Positions 9,498 to 19,468 of a DNA stretch of 64,000 nucleotides are shown one piece after another. This DNA comes from a virus, in the IMG/VR virus record IMGVR_UViG_3300044620_000592, positions 41,670 through 105,669 of that record; one strand, written 5' to 3'. The notes under the pieces are model-generated. The model was not told where the DNA came from and ran no database searches. It worked only from the letters and a program-made list of their open reading frames with translations. The stretch's first letter is position 1; the number at the start of each line of letters is the position of its first letter. Both the position numbers and the translations under genes were made by a program.

Positions 9498-10920
9498 CCT
9501 TTGCTTGTGATGTTTGGTCTAGTTTAATATCAGAAATCAATTTATGAACATATTCTTCTGTTCCGTATGCTTTTATCATTTCTCTAGCCTTTTTTGCTGA
9601 GAGCAGTTTTTGACCTTGAGCGACATGGTAAAAATGAGGAACCAAAAACATTTCATAATTGACCGATGGGATATCATACAAGAAAGGAGGTCTCTCTTGC
9701 CATAGTTCTAAAAGATTTGTTAAATACCCTGGCTTCTTCATTAACTTTTGCTGTCTCCACATTGGGGTATCATCTCTATCTGAGATGTAATGAAGGGATA
9801 TCATTGCCAATATATTTTCCATCATCATATTCATCTTATTGTTATAATCTTCTTCTATCTTCTTAGAGCCGTGATTATAAGTACTCAAGTTATGCATTAA
9901 GTATCTTGCTTGTTGGATTGTTGAGCCAATAGATGTTGCCTCAATAGGTTCAACAAAAGCAGCAGCAAGACCTACTGCTACGCAATTCTTTGACCAGAAT
10001 TTCTTCAAGTGACCAGGATCAAATTTAAAACTTCTTTTTGGTTCAACTTCACGACCTAAAAGTTCAGACACTTCTCTAACTGCTTGATCATCGGTGCAGT
10101 GATTTGAAGAATAGATATATCCATTACCCCTTCTGTCTTGAGTTGGTATTTCAAAGACCCATCCATTGGCTATTGCTCTTGCCCTTGTGTATGGTCTAAT
10201 CTGACCGGAAGGGTCACTTTCAGTTGGGAAAGCTATTGCAGAATCCATTTGTAGATAATCTTTATAAGAAACCCATTCGGTATTGCCAATCTCTGACATC
10301 AGAGTTCTTTTAAAGCCTGTAGCGTCAATCCAGAAATCAGACTCAAAAGCCTCAAGATTATCTAGAACAACAGAATCGATATATCCACTTTCTGGATTTA
10401 AATTAACCTTAATCACTTCTGCGTCAATTATTTTAATATTTCTAATAACGCACAATTCAGATAAATAATTATTCAAAGCAAAAGTATCAAAATGGAATTG
10501 ATTTACTGATTGATGAGGATGGTTTGCATTTATTTTATTTTCAATAATTCCTCTAGAGATCATATTTTCAGTCAGAGTTTTTCCGTCTTGGATCAATCCG
10601 TTATAGGCAGCATAATATCCAACAGGCTCATGAACTTCAGTCCTTGAAACACTGTGGATATAGTCAGGGGTATGATTAGTCCAGTTCTCAAAACGAATAC
10701 CGTATTTATGAGTAGCTCGCGATTTAACAATCATCTCTCCAAGCGGAATATCGCAAATGTCCATAAACATGCGCCAGTGCTCAGTTGAGCCTTCGCCAAC
10801 CCCAACTATGCCAATTTTAGAAGAAGATATCATATTTATCTCCCTAAATGGGAATGCTTTTCTTAACATTAATGCAGTAACAAGCCCAGCCGTTCCGCTA
10901 CCTACAATTGTTATTTTCAC
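9460..10920 (-). CDS. flavin-dependent tryptophan halogenase family protein (PrnA-like)
   Basis: GSGTAG FAD motif, GVGEGS, WVFEIP (WxWxIP-like), FVEPIEATSI. Confidence 0.85.
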   Translation of the reverse strand: MKITIVGSGTAGLVTALMLRKAFPFREINMISSSKIGIVGVGEGSTEHWRMFMDICDIPLGEMIVKSRATHKYGIRFENWTNHTPDYIHSVSRTEVHEPVGYYAAYNGLIQDGKTLTENMISRGIIENKINANHPHQSVNQFHFDTFALNNYLSELCVIRNIKIIDAEVIKVNLNPESGYIDSVVLDNLEAFESDFWIDATGFKRTLMSEIGNTEWVSYKDYLQMDSAIAFPTESDPSGQIRPYTRARAIANGWVFEIPTQDRRGNGYIYSSNHCTDDQAVREVSELLGREVEPKRSFKFDPGHLKKFWSKNCVAVGLAAAFVEPIEATSIGSTIQQARYLMHNLSTYNHGSKKIEEDYNNKMNMMMENILAMISLHYISDRDDTPMWRQQKLMKKPGYLTNLLELWQERPPFLYDIPSVNYEMFLVPHFYHVAQGQKLLSAKKAREMIKAYGTEEYVHKLISDIKLDQTSQAKVDHAEALRQIQI

Positions 10921-11978
10921 AAATAAATCAACCTTTCTATTGCAAGATTTGGATCAATTGCATAATCATCTTTATTATAACCTTTCGGACCCCTTATATC
11001 TTCAAGAAGATCAAAAAACCCTTTGCTTTCTGTATCAATATCATTTGCAAAACAGAATTGGTATACAACCTGTTCACAAATTCTTTTTTCTTCTTCAAGA
11101 ATAGAGGAGGGAATTTGTGGTTTTTGTGGATGGTTTAAAAACAAAGTGTTCAGCGACTTATATCTGCATTTATTATAGATATATTCTTTAAGAGATTCAG
11201 GCTCTTCAAAATTTTCGAATGGAATACTGGCTGAAAAATCAATTCCTTTTATATACCTAGCCAACTGCATATCAGGCTGTGAGGAAAGAATCTCCTCAAG
11301 AGTCTCTTGAGGCATATCGAGAGATTCCAAAAGCTTAACGGCTGCTAGGGCGATTTCCTCTGTGTTGTTGAATGGTTCTTTAGTTGACTCTGCCCATTCA
11401 TGGATTAATTTAAACATCCCAGAAAGAGTTCGTGAACCAGAATACAAACTATGATGATCTGCATTTTTATTTTCTGTAGCTGTTGTTTCAAGTCTTGCAA
11501 TATGGCCAATACCGCTAAAGTTTAAAATATTAAAAACTTTGGTATATGTGTACTGATTAGGAGCTGGCTCAAATGTAATACCGCCATACCTACCTGCATC
11601 ACACCTTGTAAAATTAAATCTATTCACTTCACTTCCATAATTTGAAGGAACAACACCGGAATTGGCAAAAATATAAAAATTAAATTTATCTAAACTTTTA
11701 TTATTAAAAGTAGTAGCGCAATCTTCATATGTTGTTAGTTCAATAGGTCTAATTTGTTCACCCTTCTTGAAAATACAGTCATGAAAACTAACTGTTGCAA
11801 GAGGGTGAAAAGCAACTATTGAACCATTACTTATCGAAAAAATTTCATAACCAGAATCAAGATTAATATATCCATCTGGGGTGTTGAATTGAACTTCAAA
11901 ATCATCAGTTAGGTCAGTAAAAGCGTAATAGTAGTATTTTGTTAAATCAGCTTCAAAGATATTTTTCATATAAACCAC
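10917..11978 (-). CDS. hypothetical protein
   Basis: 353 aa ORF overlapping its neighbours. Confidence 0.7.
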   Translation of the reverse strand: MVYMKNIFEADLTKYYYYAFTDLTDDFEVQFNTPDGYINLDSGYEIFSISNGSIVAFHPLATVSFHDCIFKKGEQIRPIELTTYEDCATTFNNKSLDKFNFYIFANSGVVPSNYGSEVNRFNFTRCDAGRYGGITFEPAPNQYTYTKVFNILNFSGIGHIARLETTATENKNADHHSLYSGSRTLSGMFKLIHEWAESTKEPFNNTEEIALAAVKLLESLDMPQETLEEILSSQPDMQLARYIKGIDFSASIPFENFEEPESLKEYIYNKCRYKSLNTLFLNHPQKPQIPSSILEEEKRICEQVVYQFCFANDIDTESKGFFDLLEDIRGPKGYNKDDYAIDPNLAIERLIYL

Positions 11979-12565
11979 ATTACCATACTATATTTTATAC
12001 CATTCGTAACAGGGTGAGCTATATGGGTATAAGGAAAATTAGATGGGAATAAAACTAGACTATTCTTTTCTAATTTAATAGTTTTATTAAAGTATGGGAA
12101 TTCCAACTCTCCTCCTTCAAAATCCTCACCAAAACATGCAACAAGGCTTAAAACCCTCTGGTTCTCTGAGCTATGGTCATGATGTGCATGATATTGAGCA
12201 TTATTCTCATATTTAAGAAGTTGCATTCCATCTGCTCCTCTCAAGAATAAATCATAGGATTTTCTATAATCCCAAATACACTGGTCAATTGATAGAAAAA
12301 TTTTCTTATAAGAATCAGAAATCTCTTTTATATCCTCTACAACTTCATCCTGCAGAAGCGGGGATAAGGGGGCTTCAAGAGAGCTTCTATGTTCTGACTC
12401 TTGGGTACCGTAGTCACCCCCATCGCCAGTTATAGATCTTTTCCAATCAAGATAGGGCCAAGGTTGTTGCGCTTGTTCTTCGAATTTTTCTATGAAGTTC
12501 CCAACATCAAAATAGTTTTTGTAAATCCAAACGGCTGGCATTTCTTCTATTTTTTCAATCAACAT
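11966..12565 (-). CDS. 2OG-Fe(II) oxygenase (prolyl 4-hydroxylase-like)
   Basis: HHD...EGGELEF...FPSNFPYTH...K motifs. Confidence 0.85.
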   Translation of the reverse strand: MLIEKIEEMPAVWIYKNYFDVGNFIEKFEEQAQQPWPYLDWKRSITGDGGDYGTQESEHRSSLEAPLSPLLQDEVVEDIKEISDSYKKIFLSIDQCIWDYRKSYDLFLRGADGMQLLKYENNAQYHAHHDHSSENQRVLSLVACFGEDFEGGELEFPYFNKTIKLEKNSLVLFPSNFPYTHIAHPVTNGIKYSMVMWFI

Positions 12566-12956
12566 TATAACTAAAACTTTCTAATATGTTATTATTTTGA
12601 ATAATATTACAATTCTTAATTCCACTAAGGTTCTCTAAAATTAAGAATCTAGCTTTATGCTTTTCACAAAGAATAGGTCTATATTCAACTTTATTTACTT
12701 CTAATAAAATACCTTTATTAAATGAAATAAAATCATTTTCATAAGATACTACTTGATGAAAATGTTTTTTTGCATTTTTATTATAAAAAATATAATTATT
12801 TTCTGGGACTTCCAGCACTTGAGATTTGGTTCTATCAAAATCTAGATTTTTAATTCCATCAAAAAGACCAATGTTTACTGGTAGATTATTGTCTTTAGCC
12901 AATATTTGCGCTTCAGCAATATTAGATTCGTTTGGACAAAAAATTATCCTTCTCAT
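12555..12956 (-). CDS. hypothetical protein
   Basis: 133 aa operonic ORF. Confidence 0.6.
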   Translation of the reverse strand: MRRIIFCPNESNIAEAQILAKDNNLPVNIGLFDGIKNLDFDRTKSQVLEVPENNYIFYNKNAKKHFHQVVSYENDFISFNKGILLEVNKVEYRPILCEKHKARFLILENLSGIKNCNIIQNNNILESFSYNVD

Positions 12957-12957
12957 T

Positions 12958-13191
12958 TTAAAGGTTCGAAATTTTCTCTTTAATTAAGTTATAGCGATTG
13001 TACAAAGTAAACAAGCGATACTCATTGCTTGGCGCTTCTCTTTCTGAGAGGGTACTTATTAGTGATTGGTCATAAGTATCAGGATCTTCACCAATGCTTA
13101 AAATTAAATTATAAATACTCATTTCAAGACCGGTTAAGGTAGATTCAAGAGCTTGCCTTTTTTGCTCATTTGTTAGTGAAAAATTAATCAT
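12958..13191 (-). CDS. hypothetical protein (possible fibre chaperone)
   Basis: 77 aa with SD, directly downstream of a fibre gene. Confidence 0.6.
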   Translation of the reverse strand: MINFSLTNEQKRQALESTLTGLEMSIYNLILSIGEDPDTYDQSLISTLSEREAPSNEYRLFTLYNRYNLIKEKISNL

Positions 13192-13199
13192 TATTACTC

Positions 13200-14723
13200 C
13201 TATGCGTTAAGAATGGTAAGAACAGTTCCATCACTACCAGACACTCCACTAAGTGTACCACCAGAAACGCTTGTTGTCACGCTTACTGGCTGGGTTTCTG
13301 TTAGGATAAGAATTCCTCCACCACCGCCAGATCGACCATTGGCACCTGCTGTTGTTGATCCATTTGTTCCGGAAGTTCCTGCAGATCCTGCAGAGCCTCC
13401 AGCGCCACCAGATACAGGAAAATGCCCAGTGTGTCTTGCTGAACCAGCATAGCGATAATCATCATTGCTATGAACACCTTGTTGGTCGTGCCTTCCTCTA
13501 GCCTGATGTCCTCCATCTACAGGGTTTCCTTTAAAATCTACATGGTCTGGGCAGTTGTCATGCTCATGATAATAAACTTCAAAAATTGCTCCGCTTGTGT
13601 GAGCATGGTTGTAGGCTGTCCCCCCGCTGTGACCGAATGGACCTCCGATTGTATGGTTTAAACCATTTTGATGGAAATAATCAGAAGCCGAAGCTCGCGG
13701 ATAATGTGTCGTTGAAGCATGCCCATAGGCGGGAGAAGAACCCCCATGATGATTAGCAGGGTAAAGACATGTAGCGCCATGATGAGTTGTTGTCCAATAA
13801 CCAAATGCATGATTTGATTGTATAGCGGAGACAGGAGTGGTCGGTAATGCAGGGGCGGGAGTGCTGGCATGTGCCCCATGTACACCATCACCAGTTCTGT
13901 AATGGGCAATGTTGTCAGTAGTGTAAGAAAGATGTTCAGTTGGAGCTGCTGACCCCGGACTTCCTGCTGCTCCATTTGTTGCGCCCGTTCCGGTAGCAGA
14001 TGAGCCTCCTGTTGAAGCATTTGAACCTCTAGACATGATAGTACCAGAGCCAGTAATTAATTTGGCAATGACAACAACAACACCGCCCCCTCTTGCTCCT
14101 AATCCGCCTGCTGCGGCTGGAGGCGTTGAACCAGCAACGCCGTTTGTTCCAGGGGTTCCTGCAGATCCAGGACCGCCAGGTGCCAGTGCATTTCTATTAA
14201 GAGTGCCTGCCCCCCCTGGACCTCCTGAAGTCGCACCAGAGCCATTAGCAGCAGGAGTAACTGTTCCAGCAGCACCAGTTTCTCCACCTGCACCACCTGT
14301 GAAAGCATTGAAGTTTCCAGATGCACTTACATGACCACCATTTAAAATATTTTCAACATAAGCGCGAACGCTTGAGGAAACTTGTGATGCTGTGTATGTT
14401 ACACCAGCAGCATTTCCTCCAATTGAGTTTGTTGTACTTGTTGCAAGAGGAGTTGTTCCAGCAACTGTGCCAGTATTAACAGTTGCTCCAGTATCAATTC
14501 CAATAGTTCCATTAAGAGTCAATGTGTTTTTTACAAAGACTTTAAAACCATTTGTGTTAAGATGAACACTATTGTTTACTGTTAAATTATCGTAATACAT
14601 ATCTCTAGTAAGAGATGTATTTGAGGCAATTACAACGGTGCCATCTTGACCGCCTCCATACACAGAGTCATTACCAATTCTTTGAACTTTTGCCGGTGAG
14701 TTGTATCTTTCTATGCCAGTCAT
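13200..14723 (-). CDS. glycine-rich tail fibre/adhesin with His-rich insert
   Basis: Gly-rich flanks, GxxG repeats and central His-rich segment; N-terminus similar to 14725..15474. Confidence 0.7.
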   Translation of the reverse strand: MTGIERYNSPAKVQRIGNDSVYGGGQDGTVVIASNTSLTRDMYYDNLTVNNSVHLNTNGFKVFVKNTLTLNGTIGIDTGATVNTGTVAGTTPLATSTTNSIGGNAAGVTYTASQVSSSVRAYVENILNGGHVSASGNFNAFTGGAGGETGAAGTVTPAANGSGATSGGPGGAGTLNRNALAPGGPGSAGTPGTNGVAGSTPPAAAGGLGARGGGVVVVIAKLITGSGTIMSRGSNASTGGSSATGTGATNGAAGSPGSAAPTEHLSYTTDNIAHYRTGDGVHGAHASTPAPALPTTPVSAIQSNHAFGYWTTTHHGATCLYPANHHGGSSPAYGHASTTHYPRASASDYFHQNGLNHTIGGPFGHSGGTAYNHAHTSGAIFEVYYHEHDNCPDHVDFKGNPVDGGHQARGRHDQQGVHSNDDYRYAGSARHTGHFPVSGGAGGSAGSAGTSGTNGSTTAGANGRSGGGGGILILTETQPVSVTTSVSGGTLSGVSGSDGTVLTILNA

Positions 14724-14724
14724 A

Positions 14725-15474
14725 TTAAACCAATTGAGAGTATATCACTGTACCATTGGCACAACCTGTACCACCTGTAACATCAGTTGTAAGACCTGAT
14801 GGCAATGTTGCACCACTGGAAATAACGATTATTACTCCACCGCCTCCTCCACCACTGCCAGCTAAGCCAGCAGCGTCAAAATAAGATGTAGCAGTTGCAG
14901 AGATATAACGAGATGCAATAATTAGAACTCCACCACCTGCACCGCTAGAACCACCTGCACCACCTCTTAAGAACAGCGGGGTTGTATTGCTTGCATTAAG
15001 TACATAGCCTCTTACAGATTGAGTTGGCTGATACCAATACCCTGTAAGAGTCGCTGAGTTTGCCAAGTCAGGCTTTACACCAGTGCCTCCTTGTGCAACG
15101 GTTGGAGGAGTTGCAGTTTGAGATGCGCTGTTACCGCCAAGACTATTGGTAACAGCCGTGTTAGTAGCACCGCCTCCTGAAATCGTTCCAGTTCCTGAGA
15201 AGCCAGTTGTCATCGTGTAATTATTCGCCGTTCCAACTCCGATAGTAGAGTTGGAGTTAAGTGTTAAAAGATTCTTTACAAAAACTCTATAACCAGCAGT
15301 GTTTAAAACAACATCAGAGTTGACAGTAAGATTGTAATAAAACTTATCAGTTGTCAATGTTGTATTAGCAGAAATTGTTACTGTCCCATCAGAGCCAGTT
15401 CCATAAATTGGGTCTGGGGCATCGATAAATGATCCAAAAGCGTTTAAAGCAGGGAACCTAGATATACCGGCCAT
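14725..15474 (-). CDS. glycine-rich tail fibre-associated protein
   Basis: YGTGSDGTVTISANTTL...GGGGG; paralogous to 13200..14723. Confidence 0.7.
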   Translation of the reverse strand: MAGISRFPALNAFGSFIDAPDPIYGTGSDGTVTISANTTLTTDKFYYNLTVNSDVVLNTAGYRVFVKNLLTLNSNSTIGVGTANNYTMTTGFSGTGTISGGGATNTAVTNSLGGNSASQTATPPTVAQGGTGVKPDLANSATLTGYWYQPTQSVRGYVLNASNTTPLFLRGGAGGSSGAGGGVLIIASRYISATATSYFDAAGLAGSGGGGGGVIIVISSGATLPSGLTTDVTGGTGCANGTVIYSQLV

Positions 15475-15833
15475 TATGACTCCTCAACTCCAAAGATTGT
15501 CACATTCAATGCAGAGTTTGCAGAGCATAGGAATGTAATCTGATCACTTGTTGTATTGCTTGCCGTGTTACCATTATTGATTAAAACCATCGAGCAGTTA
15601 AAAGCAAGAGTTTCATTAGCATTAATAGTAATATTGCTTAAGATATCGTGAGTATTCGCCTCAGCAACATTGAGGGGTTTTAAACGGATTGTTGCAGTTC
15701 TTGCAGATGCTGTTGTATTTGTAATAAGAATTTGTTTAACGATTGTGGTTGTGTTAAGAGGGACAGTATAAGCAACAGCAGTAACTGTTGATATTTGTGT
15801 TGGGCCAGCTAATCTTTTCTGAATTACAGCCAT
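15474..15833 (-). CDS. virion structural protein (small beta-sandwich)
   Basis: YTVP...IVKQILITNT pattern; similar to 21165..21497. Confidence 0.6.
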   Translation of the reverse strand: MAVIQKRLAGPTQISTVTAVAYTVPLNTTTIVKQILITNTTASARTATIRLKPLNVAEANTHDILSNITINANETLAFNCSMVLINNGNTASNTTSDQITFLCSANSALNVTIFGVEES

Positions 15834-16636
15834 TATATAACCTCCATATAGAATCTGATCATGTTGTCACGAACAGTATTTCTATTTACCCATAAACTAC
15901 CATTATACTCCAAAACCTCTCCAGAAGATGGGGAATCGATGCTCACATCATGCATCCATTCAAGGTGATTATTTCCCGGAAGGACTCTGATAACTATTTG
16001 ACCATTTGAGCTGCCAATGATTGTTACAAAGGCAACTGCGAAATCATGCTGTGGTTTTACTTTTGTTAATTTTCCTGCAACAGTTGGGTGAGCATAAAGA
16101 ATATCTCCGGCAGCCCATGTTTCATCTCCAACAGCAAGACCGCTAGATACAGTTCCTCTTGTGTCCAAACCACGCAATGTCCCAAAGCTCATTACTTCAC
16201 CACTTTGACCATCCGTCAAGGTTTGAGTAAGAATTCCTATTGCCCTAAGTTCCGAATTTTCTGTTCCCGTTGTTTCAAAGGGGACTATGTTAATTCTTCC
16301 ACTGCCTTCTGCTCCATTAGCGGAAACAAAAGTTCCTTTTACAATTGTTGAACCACTATCATTCCGAACAAGAAAGGTATTTGGGATACTACTGTTGACC
16401 CATTCTGTACCGTCATACATCAGACCTTGATAAGTCAAAGGAGTATCTATTACAACATCTGTTAGTTCATCAAGTAACGATGCACCGCCCGAACTTCCGA
16501 ACTCAACAATTGTATTAGAACTATTTTTATAATAAAGTTTTCCATCAGCATAGTTAAGACCCAACTCACCGAATTCAAGGGAAGAGGGGACATTAGAAGC
16601 GGTACCTGAATTTTTAATTTTAATGGTATTAGCCAT
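15833..16636 (-). CDS. tail fibre protein
   Basis: N-terminal LEFGELGLNYADGKLYYK fibre motif; LDELTDV repeat. Confidence 0.7.
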   Translation of the reverse strand: MANTIKIKNSGTASNVPSSLEFGELGLNYADGKLYYKNSSNTIVEFGSSGGASLLDELTDVVIDTPLTYQGLMYDGTEWVNSSIPNTFLVRNDSGSTIVKGTFVSANGAEGSGRINIVPFETTGTENSELRAIGILTQTLTDGQSGEVMSFGTLRGLDTRGTVSSGLAVGDETWAAGDILYAHPTVAGKLTKVKPQHDFAVAFVTIIGSSNGQIVIRVLPGNNHLEWMHDVSIDSPSSGEVLEYNGSLWVNRNTVRDNMIRFYMEVI

Positions 16637-16648
16637 TACTTCCTCCTA

Positions 16649-17746
16649 CTAGAAAGTACCGCCATCTACTGTATCAGACCATGCAGGTACACCTGCTACA
16701 ACTTTTAAGAACTGACCTGTTGTTCCGATTCCAAGATTAGAAAGGGTGTTCCCAGATGAGGAGTAAAGTAAATCACCAGTTGTGTAAGAAGTAAGACCAG
16801 TACCACCAGATGTTGAAGCAATTGCTGTGCCATTCCATACACCAGTCACAATAGTGCCAAGTGTAGTCAAACTTGAGTATATGACTCCTGACCCTAAAGT
16901 TGTATTTGAAAGAACTGAAGTTCCAGCGATTTCGTAAACTTTTCCTGCAACGAGATTTAAATCTTCAGATGAAGTCCATGCGTCTGTTGCATCAACCCAG
17001 TTGAAGGTTTTGTTTGTTGCGCCAAGAATTGTAATACCAGCGCCATCAGCCGTTGTATCTGTTGGAGTAGCAACATTTGCAAGAACAATATTCTTATCCT
17101 CAACAACCAGAGTTGCGGTATTAAGAGTTGTTGTATTCCCATTAACAATCAAGTCTCCTGTAACGGTAAGTGTATTTCCAATTGTTACATCATCTGGAAG
17201 ACCAATTGTTACAGCACCAGTCCAAGGACCAGTGCCAGTGCCAGAGACAGTAACTTCATTTGATGTTCCTGTGACTGATGTAACAGCAGCTGTTCCAAGA
17301 TCGCTAATTTGTGAACCAGTAATTGAAATCGTTGTATTACCAGCAGCAGTTAGACGACCATCTCCTTGTACAGTGAATGTAGCAACAGTATTTGCACTAC
17401 CATAAGAACCGACTGTGACTGCTGTATTGCCAAGAGTAACTCCAGAAATTGCATTGTCAACATAAAGTTTTGTTGCAGCATGAGTGTTTGCTGTTGGAGT
17501 AGGTACAAGAACAAGACCATTGAAAGTCTTATTTCCTGATACTGTTTGAACACCAGAGAGGGTCAAATATGCGCCTGCACCACCAATTGCCTCTACTGTT
17601 GTAGCAGTGCCTCCTGCACCGCCTGAACCTTTACCGTAGTAAAGAACATCATCTACTTCGTTATATGCAAGCTCTGCATTCTCTAACGAACCTGGAGCCC
17701 CAGCATTACCGGAGCCTCTTCTTTTAATTCTAATTGTATTTGCCAT
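16649..17746 (-). CDS. tail fibre protein
   Basis: LENAELAYNEVD N-terminus, AATKLYVD, Thr/Gly-rich, DGGTF end. Confidence 0.7.
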   Translation of the reverse strand: MANTIRIKRRGSGNAGAPGSLENAELAYNEVDDVLYYGKGSGGAGGTATTVEAIGGAGAYLTLSGVQTVSGNKTFNGLVLVPTPTANTHAATKLYVDNAISGVTLGNTAVTVGSYGSANTVATFTVQGDGRLTAAGNTTISITGSQISDLGTAAVTSVTGTSNEVTVSGTGTGPWTGAVTIGLPDDVTIGNTLTVTGDLIVNGNTTTLNTATLVVEDKNIVLANVATPTDTTADGAGITILGATNKTFNWVDATDAWTSSEDLNLVAGKVYEIAGTSVLSNTTLGSGVIYSSLTTLGTIVTGVWNGTAIASTSGGTGLTSYTTGDLLYSSSGNTLSNLGIGTTGQFLKVVAGVPAWSDTVDGGTF

Positions 17747-18021
17747 TAATAATTTCCTCCGTCTAATAGCGTGTTTGCAATTGAGTGAACATGGTCACTT
17801 CTGCTAAACAGGGTTGACACCCCAGAAGAAGCTGCTCTTGCAATATCCGCTGGATCTCCACCACTTAAAAAAGGCTCACCACCCAAAACGATTGTTGCGG
17901 GGGCGGCCAAAACTGTTGTAACCTCAGATGACTGAACACTAAGCGCAGTGATATCTGATTCTGAAATTGTTACATTGGTAATATCACCAGACGTAACAGT
18001 TACATAGGTAACTTCACCCAT
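17746..18021 (-). CDS. small fibre-associated protein
   Basis: SRSDHVH motif and DGGNY end; start reassigned to 18021. Confidence 0.55.
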   Translation of the reverse strand: MGEVTYVTVTSGDITNVTISESDITALSVQSSEVTTVLAAPATIVLGGEPFLSGGDPADIARAASSGVSTLFSRSDHVHSIANTLLDGGNY

Positions 18022-18346
18022 GATTAACCTCTCTTGAAACAACTGCTGTTCCACTTATCAAAGTGGTTACAATTGAACCGTTAAGCTCTTGCAAGTCATA
18101 AATATATGAACCAGCATCTATGTTAGATGTTTGCTCTGGAGTTAAACTAAATGTTAAAACACCGTTAGCAGCATTTGTAATTGCCGTTGTGAATGTTACA
18201 GCAGTATCTGAAGACTTACTCTTCCTAAGTTGAGCAGTATATACACGCCCTGTTATATTAATAGCAGTATTACTACTATTTCTAATCCTTAATTCGTGGA
18301 GATATGTATCTCCTTGATATATACTAATTTCTCTTTTAGCAGCCAT
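18014..18346 (-). CDS. baseplate upper protein N-terminal-like (BppU-like) virion protein
   Basis: ISIYQGDT...AANGVLTFSLT...YIYDLQ pattern. Confidence 0.55.
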   Translation of the reverse strand: MAAKREISIYQGDTYLHELRIRNSSNTAINITGRVYTAQLRKSKSSDTAVTFTTAITNAANGVLTFSLTPEQTSNIDAGSYIYDLQELNGSIVTTLISGTAVVSREVNHG

Positions 18347-18348
18347 CG

Positions 18349-18429
18349 TTAGCAGTCACATTCCTCGCAACCACAATCGCATTGGTCAACACACTCACAA
18401 CCGCAAGCACATGTTTTGTTTCTAGACAT
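18349..18429 (-). CDS. 26-aa Cys-rich metallothionein-like microprotein
   Basis: MSRNKTCACGCECVDQCDCGCEECDC; GGAG SD; fills the gap between neighbours. Confidence 0.7.
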   Translation of the reverse strand: MSRNKTCACGCECVDQCDCGCEECDC

Positions 18430-18441
18430 AGAATCTCCTAA

Positions 18442-18975
18442 TTAAGCAGCACCAGGCTTAGGCAATGCTCTCCAAGCTGCTTCAAACTTTGCAGCGTCTT
18501 TTGCCATCTCTGGAGAAAGCTCTAAATGTAACCACTTCCCTCCAAAACTACCAGCATTATCAGACTCGGTAAAAATTTTTACCCCAGCCTCATTCTCACC
18601 TCTTGAGCACCTAAATCCGCGACCATACCCTTGATTCTTGTCCTTAGGGTTTGCATCAAATGCATAGTCATGAATTTCTTCAATACCTAACTCTTTAGTG
18701 TACTTAATGAACCAGTTCCACATTTCGACTCCAACTTTACGGTCTTTGTAGCCGATGTCGCATGCTGCACCAGTTGCGTGAACGCTCAGGAATTTCTCCA
18801 TGCCTGGGTCGCCAATCTTTTTACCAGCGGTCTTGGAATTTCTCATCAATCTTGGGACATAAATCCCCATGTTGGAAGTTTTCCATCTTTTTCCACAAAG
18901 TTCAACTAACTTCTGGGTTCCAGGCTGTGCGCCCTTACCATCAAAACTTGGATAATAGCTATACTTTCTTGGCAT
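18442..18975 (-). CDS. endolysin, Zn peptidase M15-like
   Basis: SVHATGAACD and WLHLE motifs; adjacent to holin-like genes. Confidence 0.65.
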   Translation of the reverse strand: MPRKYSYYPSFDGKGAQPGTQKLVELCGKRWKTSNMGIYVPRLMRNSKTAGKKIGDPGMEKFLSVHATGAACDIGYKDRKVGVEMWNWFIKYTKELGIEEIHDYAFDANPKDKNQGYGRGFRCSRGENEAGVKIFTESDNAGSFGGKWLHLELSPEMAKDAAKFEAAWRALPKPGAA

Positions 18976-19175
18976 TATTTACCAGCCTTGACTTTACCAA
19001 ATGCTAAATCATTTGGGTTTACATAGCGTAAAATCACTGGAAGAGCTGCAGCCCAGAGTGCGTTTGCAGCCATCTTTACATCACCGGTTGAAACATAGAC
19101 AGCAACAGCTGCGCCTAAAACACTTCTACCGTAGGAGGCAATCATTGCCTTATTTTCTTCTGAAATCTTAATCAT
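18975..19175 (-). CDS. holin-like membrane protein
   Basis: 66 aa, two hydrophobic helices, basic tail. Confidence 0.6.
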   Translation of the reverse strand: MIKISEENKAMIASYGRSVLGAAVAVYVSTGDVKMAANALWAAALPVILRYVNPNDLAFGKVKAGK

Positions 19176-19225
19176 AAAATTCTCCTTTGCGGCCTAAAAC
19201 CACTTATTTACAGTATACATTAGTC

Positions 19226-19468
19226 TCATTCTTCAGGCTTACTTTTTGCCTTGCTGAATATTGACTCAATTTCATCTTCAGATAACTTTCCGTCATCAAG
19301 AAAGGCATTTGCAAGACCTTCTACGACTTTAGCAACACCGCCAATTCCGGCCATAAAAATAGCCTTTGGCAAGCTAACGCCAGCAACAGCACCAGCGCCA
19401 ATAACGCCAAGACCTGATGCACCGAAAACAGCAAGTATTCTCAATAGGATATTATTTACACTAGACAT
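19226..19468 (-). CDS. small membrane protein
   Basis: Two Gly/Ala hydrophobic helices and a charged C-terminus. Confidence 0.6.
   Translation of the reverse strand: MSSVNNILLRILAVFGASGLGVIGAGAVAGVSLPKAIFMAGIGGVAKVVEGLANAFLDDGKLSEDEIESIFSKAKSKPEE

Noticed and set aside
13200-17746. Diversity-generating retroelement acting on fibre genes
   Set aside because: No reverse transcriptase and no template/variable repeat pair seen
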